Below are positions 58,932-64,000 of a DNA stretch of 64,000 bases, in pieces. Source of the stretch: Nostoc sp. DedSLP01 (GTDB lineage: Bacteria; Cyanobacteriota; Cyanobacteriia; Cyanobacteriales; Nostocaceae). Position 1 is the stretch's first letter, and each line of letters starts with the position of its first letter. The DNA is taken from contig JAVRCJ020000020.1 in the NCBI GenBank assembly GCA_034530875.2, positions 91,162 to 155,161 of the forward strand, written 5' to 3'. A program made the translations under genes and the position numbers. The notes beneath the pieces are model-generated. The model searched no databases and was not told the DNA's origin. It saw only the letters and a program-made list of their open reading frames with translations.

Positions 58932-59831
58932 TTATTCTTTATGATGATGAAATCTAATTCCTAAAAAAATGTCATAAAGAAATTCAAAAAAGTCTTTTTT
59001 CTGTAACAAACCAGAAGTTTGATAACAACCTTTCTGGTCTAAAAGAGGCTTCATCAAGTAATAAGTAGGCTGGTAATTATACCAAGGAATAGAAGGCCAC
59101 AAATGATGAATTAAGTGATAGTTTTGTCCTAATATCAAGATGTTAAGAATTGAATTAGGATAGACGCGGGCATTTTTCCAGCGATCGCGTTCTGCAAAAG
59201 GACGATGGGGTAAATAGTCAAAAAATAATCCCAATGTTATCCCCACTACAAAAGCAGGTACGAACCAAAAATTCAGAATGTAACCTAAAAAGTGGTATTG
59301 AACTGAAATATAAATAATTAAACCGATAATTAAACGGCTAATAAACCATTCTAATAGCTCATAATTACGCCACAATCGCCGTTGAAAGAAAAATACTTCA
59401 TGATACAAAAACCGAAATGCAATCAGCCACAAAGGCCCGCCTGTAGAGACGTAATGATCTGGGTCATCTTTGGGATGATTGACATGGGCATGATGTTGCA
59501 AATGTACTCGCGTAAATACTGGAAAAGCAAAAGCCAGCATCAATGCGCTGCCATGTCCTAACATTGCATTAATTAGCCGATTGCGATGGGCAGCTTGATG
59601 ACAAGCATCGTGAATTACTGTTCCAGAACAATGCAAAGCGATCGTATTAACGCTAAAACATAACCAGTGCGGCCATTCCCAGAGCCAGTAACCAAAGTTA
59701 GACAATACCAACATCCCCACAGCAGCCGAGAACAGCAGTTGTGTTGGATTGAAATCACCAGGAGGCGCTAAAAATTCCTTTGGTGGGATTGTTAATGGCT
59801 TTTGTGCCTCCGACGCGAGCATTATTGACAT
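58932..59831 (-). CDS. crtR: Beta-carotene hydroxylase
   Basis: His boxes HDACH, HLQHH and HLIHH; FFDYLPHRPF; VYPNSILNILILGQNYH. Confidence 0.93.
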   Translation of the reverse strand: MSIMLASEAQKPLTIPPKEFLAPPGDFNPTQLLFSAAVGMLVLSNFGYWLWEWPHWLCFSVNTIALHCSGTVIHDACHQAAHRNRLINAMLGHGSALMLAFAFPVFTRVHLQHHAHVNHPKDDPDHYVSTGGPLWLIAFRFLYHEVFFFQRRLWRNYELLEWFISRLIIGLIIYISVQYHFLGYILNFWFVPAFVVGITLGLFFDYLPHRPFAERDRWKNARVYPNSILNILILGQNYHLIHHLWPSIPWYNYQPTYYLMKPLLDQKGCYQTSGLLQKKDFFEFLYDIFLGIRFHHHKE

Positions 59832-59883
59832 TGACTCCTTGTTTCTTTATCAAACATTACGAATATACGATAAAGATTAGTAA

Positions 59884-59911
59884 ACAGTAAAATTTTGTAA
59901 ATTTTTGTATA
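59884..59911 (-). promoter_or_regulatory. HLR1-like (RpaB-type) direct repeat upstream of crtR
   Basis: Minus strand TATACAAA-AA-TTTACAAA-AT-TTTACTGT with 10-bp period; TATATT -10-like box downstream. Confidence 0.5.
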
Positions 59912-59994
59912 GCAAGATTTATCCGCAGCTTAGCATATCGGCGGATGAATAACGCTATGATTCCTAGACGAGGCTTAGTCTTTGCTGATGAGTA

Positions 59995-60145
59995 GGGTGT
60001 GAAGGGAGATGGGAAGCAGAGGGGCAGGGGAGCAGGGAGCAGGGGAGATGGAGAAGTCTGGGGAGAGAGGGGAAAGATTTCTTCTTCATCTTCCCTATAC
60101 TCTCACACCTCCTGCTTCCGCGATGCCCAATGCCCAATGCCCCTT
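59995..60145. repeat. STRR heptamer tract (GGGAGCA / TGCCCAA types)
   Basis: GGGGCAGGGGAGCAGGGAGCAGGGG ... TGCCCAA TGCCCAA TGCCCC. Confidence 0.7.
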
Positions 60146-60253
60146 TCTCCTAAAACCCTACTCATAACTGCTGAAATCTTATAGCAGTGACCAAAAAGAA
60201 ATGCCATTTAAAGTTACGATGACTTCCCAGATAGCTCCCTAAATTCAGCCCCT

Positions 60254-62020
60254 ATGGAATTAAGAGATTCTCTACGCCGGACAAAAATTGTCGCTACTAT
60301 TGGCCCCGCCACAAGCAGTCCAGAAATGCTCAAGGCGATTATTGAAGCGGGAGCAACGACACTGCGGCTAAACTTCTCCCACGGGACTCATGCAGATCAT
60401 CAGCGCAATATTCGCTTAATAAGACAAACTGCTTTTGAACTAAATCAACCAGTGGCTATTCTGCAAGACTTGCAGGGGCCAAAAATCCGCTTGGGGAAGT
60501 TTGACAATGGATCTATAGTTCTGGCAAAAGGCGATCGCTTCACCTTGACAAATCGTCCGGTTATAGGCACCCAGGAAATCAGCTGCGTTACTTATGATTA
60601 TTTAGCCCAAGAAGTCCCGGTTGGTGCAAAAATCCTCCTCGATGATGGAAGAGTGGAAATGGTCGTGGAGGAAATTAACCGTGATAAAGGTGATTTGCAC
60701 TGTCGCGTTACTGTAGCCGGTAAACTTTCTAACAACAAAGGCGTAAACTTTCCTGGAGTTTACTTGTCAATTAAAGCAATGACCGACAAAGACCGCGAGG
60801 ATTTGATGTTTGGTCTAGATCAGGGTGTAGACTGGGTAGCACTTTCCTTTGTTCGCAATCCTCAGGATTTGATGGAAATTAAAGAGCTAATTTCCAGCAC
60901 AGGCAAGCAAGTCCCAGTGGTTGCCAAAATTGAAAAACACGAAGCGATCGAACAAATGGAAGCAGTTCTGGCTTTGTGTGATGGCGTGATGGTTGCCAGA
61001 GGCGATTTAGGCGTGGAACTGCCAGCAGAAGATGTACCCGTGCTGCAAAAGCGGCTGATTGCCACAGCAAATCGTTTAGGAATTCCCATCATTACTGCCA
61101 CTCAGATGTTAGACAGTATGGTGAGCAATCCACGTCCCACTCGCGCTGAAGTGTCAGATGTAGCAAATGCGATTTTAGATGGCACAGACGCGGTAATGCT
61201 GTCCAATGAAACTGCTGTGGGTAGCTACCCAGTAGAAGCAGTAGCAACAATGGCACGCATTGCCGAGCGTATCGAACAAGAAGAGGCACACTCAATAGTA
61301 CGTCAGATCAGAGATACTAGACGTTCTATTCCCAATGCTATTAGTCAAGCTGTGAGTCAAATTGCCGAGCAACTGGGAGCATCAGCAATTATGACTCTAA
61401 CCCAAACCGGCGCAACAGCTCGCAATGTCTCCAAATTTCGTCCCCATACGCCGATTTTGGCAGTCACACCCCATGTAAACGTGGCGCGGCAACTACAGAT
61501 GGTATGGGGAGTCAAACCGCTGCTAGTGCTGGGATTACCTTCTACAGGTCAAACATTTCAGGCTGCAATCAACGTGGCTCAGGAAGAGAAGTTACTGTCT
61601 GAGGGAGATTTAGTAGTGATGACTGCTGGTACACTCCAGGGAGTTTCTGGCTCAACAGATTTAATTAAAGTTGAGGTGGTGACGGCAATATTAGGTCACG
61701 GAATTGGACTGGGACAAGGTTCAGTCAGCGGTCGCGCAAGAGTTGCAAATACCAGTATGGATGTGAGCAACTTTAATCCGGGAGATATTTTAGTTGCCTC
61801 CCGCACCAATGCTGATTTTGTCGAGGCAATTCGCAAAGCTGGCGGAATTATTACTGAAGACGAAAGTCTTACAAGTCACGCAGCAGTAATTGGCTTGCGT
61901 CTAGGCGTACCTGTGATTGTTGGCGTGAAGCAGGCAACACAGGTAATTCGGGATGGGGCAATTCTAACGCTGGATTTACAACGGGGTTTGATTTACTCTG
62001 GGGCGGTGAAAACGTCTTAG
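60254..62020 (+). CDS. pyk: Pyruvate kinase with C-terminal PEP-utilising mobile domain
   Basis: RTKIVATIGPA, RLNFSHG, DLQGPKIR, AKIEK, MVARGDLGVE, ATQMLDSM; C-terminal TSHAAVIG. Confidence 0.97.
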   Translation: MELRDSLRRTKIVATIGPATSSPEMLKAIIEAGATTLRLNFSHGTHADHQRNIRLIRQTAFELNQPVAILQDLQGPKIRLGKFDNGSIVLAKGDRFTLTNRPVIGTQEISCVTYDYLAQEVPVGAKILLDDGRVEMVVEEINRDKGDLHCRVTVAGKLSNNKGVNFPGVYLSIKAMTDKDREDLMFGLDQGVDWVALSFVRNPQDLMEIKELISSTGKQVPVVAKIEKHEAIEQMEAVLALCDGVMVARGDLGVELPAEDVPVLQKRLIATANRLGIPIITATQMLDSMVSNPRPTRAEVSDVANAILDGTDAVMLSNETAVGSYPVEAVATMARIAERIEQEEAHSIVRQIRDTRRSIPNAISQAVSQIAEQLGASAIMTLTQTGATARNVSKFRPHTPILAVTPHVNVARQLQMVWGVKPLLVLGLPSTGQTFQAAINVAQEEKLLSEGDLVVMTAGTLQGVSGSTDLIKVEVVTAILGHGIGLGQGSVSGRARVANTSMDVSNFNPGDILVASRTNADFVEAIRKAGGIITEDESLTSHAAVIGLRLGVPVIVGVKQATQVIRDGAILTLDLQRGLIYSGAVKTS

Positions 62021-62120
62021 TATTGGGGATTGGGGAGATGAGGAGATAGGGAGGTAGGGGAAAAGGGATAAATTTAACCTTTCCCCTTTACCCCTTTCCC
62101 TTTCCCCATTCCCCATACCC
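62021..62120. repeat. Inverted STRR tract between convergent pyk and M61 genes
   Basis: ATTGGGG/GGGAGAT purine arm then CCTTTCC/CCCCATT pyrimidine arm. Confidence 0.7.
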
Positions 62121-62126
62121 AACGTC

Positions 62127-63908
62127 CTAAACAGTTGCGATCGCTCCACCAAGCCAGCCAGCAAAGTTTTGCTGCTGTGTAGAGTCAGGGCGATCGATAG
62201 GTTTTACTTGATACTTACTGGGATTTGGTGATGCTAGGGTAATGGAGTAAGTACGCAGCTCGTCTTGGTGGAAAACTGTGACTTCGATTTTATCGTTTGC
62301 TTGGTAATCTTTGAGGCGATCGCTTAAGCCACCCGCCGTTACCTTAATCCCATCAATTGCGAGTAACTCATCACCCGCATCAATTCCCTCTAATTGTGCA
62401 GGTGAACCTGCCTCAACAAATTTAATAATCTCTCGCCCATTCTCAGTATTTATTCTTACACCCAAGTAAGGTTCTTCCTGTTGCTCTGCTACTAACTGCA
62501 AGCCAAAGGGTTCTAAATATTGATTAAATGGCAAATCCTCAGTGCTATGAATGTAGCGCTCAAAGAAATCGCTCAAATCGATTCCTGCCACAGATTCTAT
62601 AACTTCATGCAACTGTTCTGAGGAATAGCCAATTTCAGCTTGTCCAAATTGCTGCCACATTTTCAGCATTACGTCATCGAGAGAACGCTGATTATTGTGA
62701 GTAGAACGAATCAATAAATCCAGCAATAACGAGATCATTTCTCCTTTTAAATAGTAGGAAATTTGAGAATTGCCGCTATTGGGATCGGGACGATACAGTT
62801 TAATCCAAGCATCAAAACTCGACTCGGAAACTGGTTGTACTTTCCGTCCTGGTGTGGTTAGATATCTGGTAATTTCCTTACCCAAATTATTCAAATAAGA
62901 TTTAACATCATAAATTCCTGCCCTCAAAGGAATTAACAAGTCGTAGTAACTTGTAGTTCCTTCACAAAACCACAAGCAGGGAGTGTAATTTTCTTGGTCG
63001 TAATCAAAAACTTCTAATGCTTTTGGGCGAATTCGCTTGACATTCCACAAGTGAAAAAATTCATGCGCTACTAATTGCAGAAAGCGATCGTATTTGTCTG
63101 GAGTACGAAACCCAAAACGTTGGTAAATTAAAGAGCAAGAATCTTTATGCTCCAAACCACCAAAAGCTTGGCTAAATAAATGTAATAAAAATACATATCG
63201 TTTATATGGCAAACCGCCAAACATCTGCGCTTCTACCTGGATAATTTTTTGGATATCAGCAATCAGCTGTTGGGCTTGATAATTCCCTTGCCCCCAAATT
63301 GCCAATTCATGGGGTTTTCCTAGAACCTCAAATTGGTACAACTGATGCCGACCAATTTCAAATGGACTATCAACAAGGGTATCAAAATCATTCGCCAAGA
63401 AAGTATTCGTTTCTTCGGCAACGGGAGGTAAAGCAGTAGTTACCTGCCAATCTGGGCGCGGCGGTTGAATCGTGACGCGAATGGGTTGCTTTTCCCAGCC
63501 TGGGATTCTAAAAAATAGTGCTGCACCGTTGAAATAACCGTGGGTGCCATCCAAGTGATTTGTCCGTACCGATAGCTCATTGGCAAAAATCCGGTAACGT
63601 ACAGTTAATTCAGAAATACCTTCTTTATCTATCTGCCAGTGATTTTTACTGATTTTGCGCCAAGATAAAGGCTTATCATCTGCAAAAGCTCCAAAATTCT
63701 GTAAATTCTTTGCGTATTCCCTAACTAAGTAAGAACCTGGTGTCCATACTGGCAGTTTTAAATCGAGAATCGGCCAGGGGTAATTTACAAGATGTAAAGT
63801 CACCTCAAACAGATGGGTTTCTGGTTGGGGCATTGCCACCAAGTAATGGATTGTTGGTGCCGTTTCCTGAATGTATTTGTTGGGACGAGACGTAGTTGCT
63901 TCGGTCAT
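62127..63908 (-). CDS. M61 family metallopeptidase with PDZ domain
   Basis: PVWTPGSY, GGLEH, HEFFHLWN, WFCEGTTSYY, SYYLKG, PDZ GSPAQLEGIDAGDELLAIDG; ATG at 63908 preferred. Confidence 0.93.
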   Translation of the reverse strand: MTEATTSRPNKYIQETAPTIHYLVAMPQPETHLFEVTLHLVNYPWPILDLKLPVWTPGSYLVREYAKNLQNFGAFADDKPLSWRKISKNHWQIDKEGISELTVRYRIFANELSVRTNHLDGTHGYFNGAALFFRIPGWEKQPIRVTIQPPRPDWQVTTALPPVAEETNTFLANDFDTLVDSPFEIGRHQLYQFEVLGKPHELAIWGQGNYQAQQLIADIQKIIQVEAQMFGGLPYKRYVFLLHLFSQAFGGLEHKDSCSLIYQRFGFRTPDKYDRFLQLVAHEFFHLWNVKRIRPKALEVFDYDQENYTPCLWFCEGTTSYYDLLIPLRAGIYDVKSYLNNLGKEITRYLTTPGRKVQPVSESSFDAWIKLYRPDPNSGNSQISYYLKGEMISLLLDLLIRSTHNNQRSLDDVMLKMWQQFGQAEIGYSSEQLHEVIESVAGIDLSDFFERYIHSTEDLPFNQYLEPFGLQLVAEQQEEPYLGVRINTENGREIIKFVEAGSPAQLEGIDAGDELLAIDGIKVTAGGLSDRLKDYQANDKIEVTVFHQDELRTYSITLASPNPSKYQVKPIDRPDSTQQQNFAGWLGGAIATV

Positions 63909-64000
63909 CTTGTGTGCTGAGTTAACGTGAGTTCGACGGATAGGAAGGTGCAAAAAGCTTGCTATGTATGAATTTGGTCAACAGTGAATCGTTCAGGCGA

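Larger units (their letters stand above)
1893..63091. repeat. HIP1 octamer GCGATCGC dispersed through the window
   Basis: Many copies visible by eye (e.g. 1893, 3063, 55261); established hallmark of many cyanobacterial genomes. Not exhaustively counted. Confidence 0.9.

Noticed and set aside
1..64000. CRISPR array, rRNA/tRNA genes, transposase or integrase genes
   Set aside because: No regularly spaced 25-40 bp repeats with unique spacers, no recognisable structural RNA gene and no transposase-like ORF. The repeats present are heptamer tracts and isolated palindromes.

Overview
Chromosomal window from a heterocyst-forming (Nostoc-like) cyanobacterium, judged from abundant HIP1 GCGATCGC octamers, heptameric STRR tracts, psbY/psb34/crtR and hps genes. 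It is mostly core genome. The main feature is a hormogonium-motility supercluster: pilM-pilN-pilO-pilQ, then metH, then the hps locus (hpsA, minor pilins/pseudopilins, glycosyltransferases, hpsJ). Housekeeping genes include folC, nusB, ftsY, a PP2C phosphatase, plsY, mlaE, sppA, aroH, crtR, pyk and several peptidases. Reading the sequence directly gave small genes missing from the ORF track: two tandem psb34-like copies (each with promoter and terminator), psbY, a frameshifted antitoxin-like remnant, and a coupled DUF6888/DUF6887-like pair beside an OGFr-domain gene. That three-gene islet is the best candidate for an undescribed toxin-antitoxin or conflict system. Spacers hold GTAG-type palindromes with compensatory changes, MITE-like elements and very small nested insertions, including in HIP1 sites. 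No rRNA, tRNA, CRISPR array or transposase gene was found. Family names come from motif recognition, not database searches.
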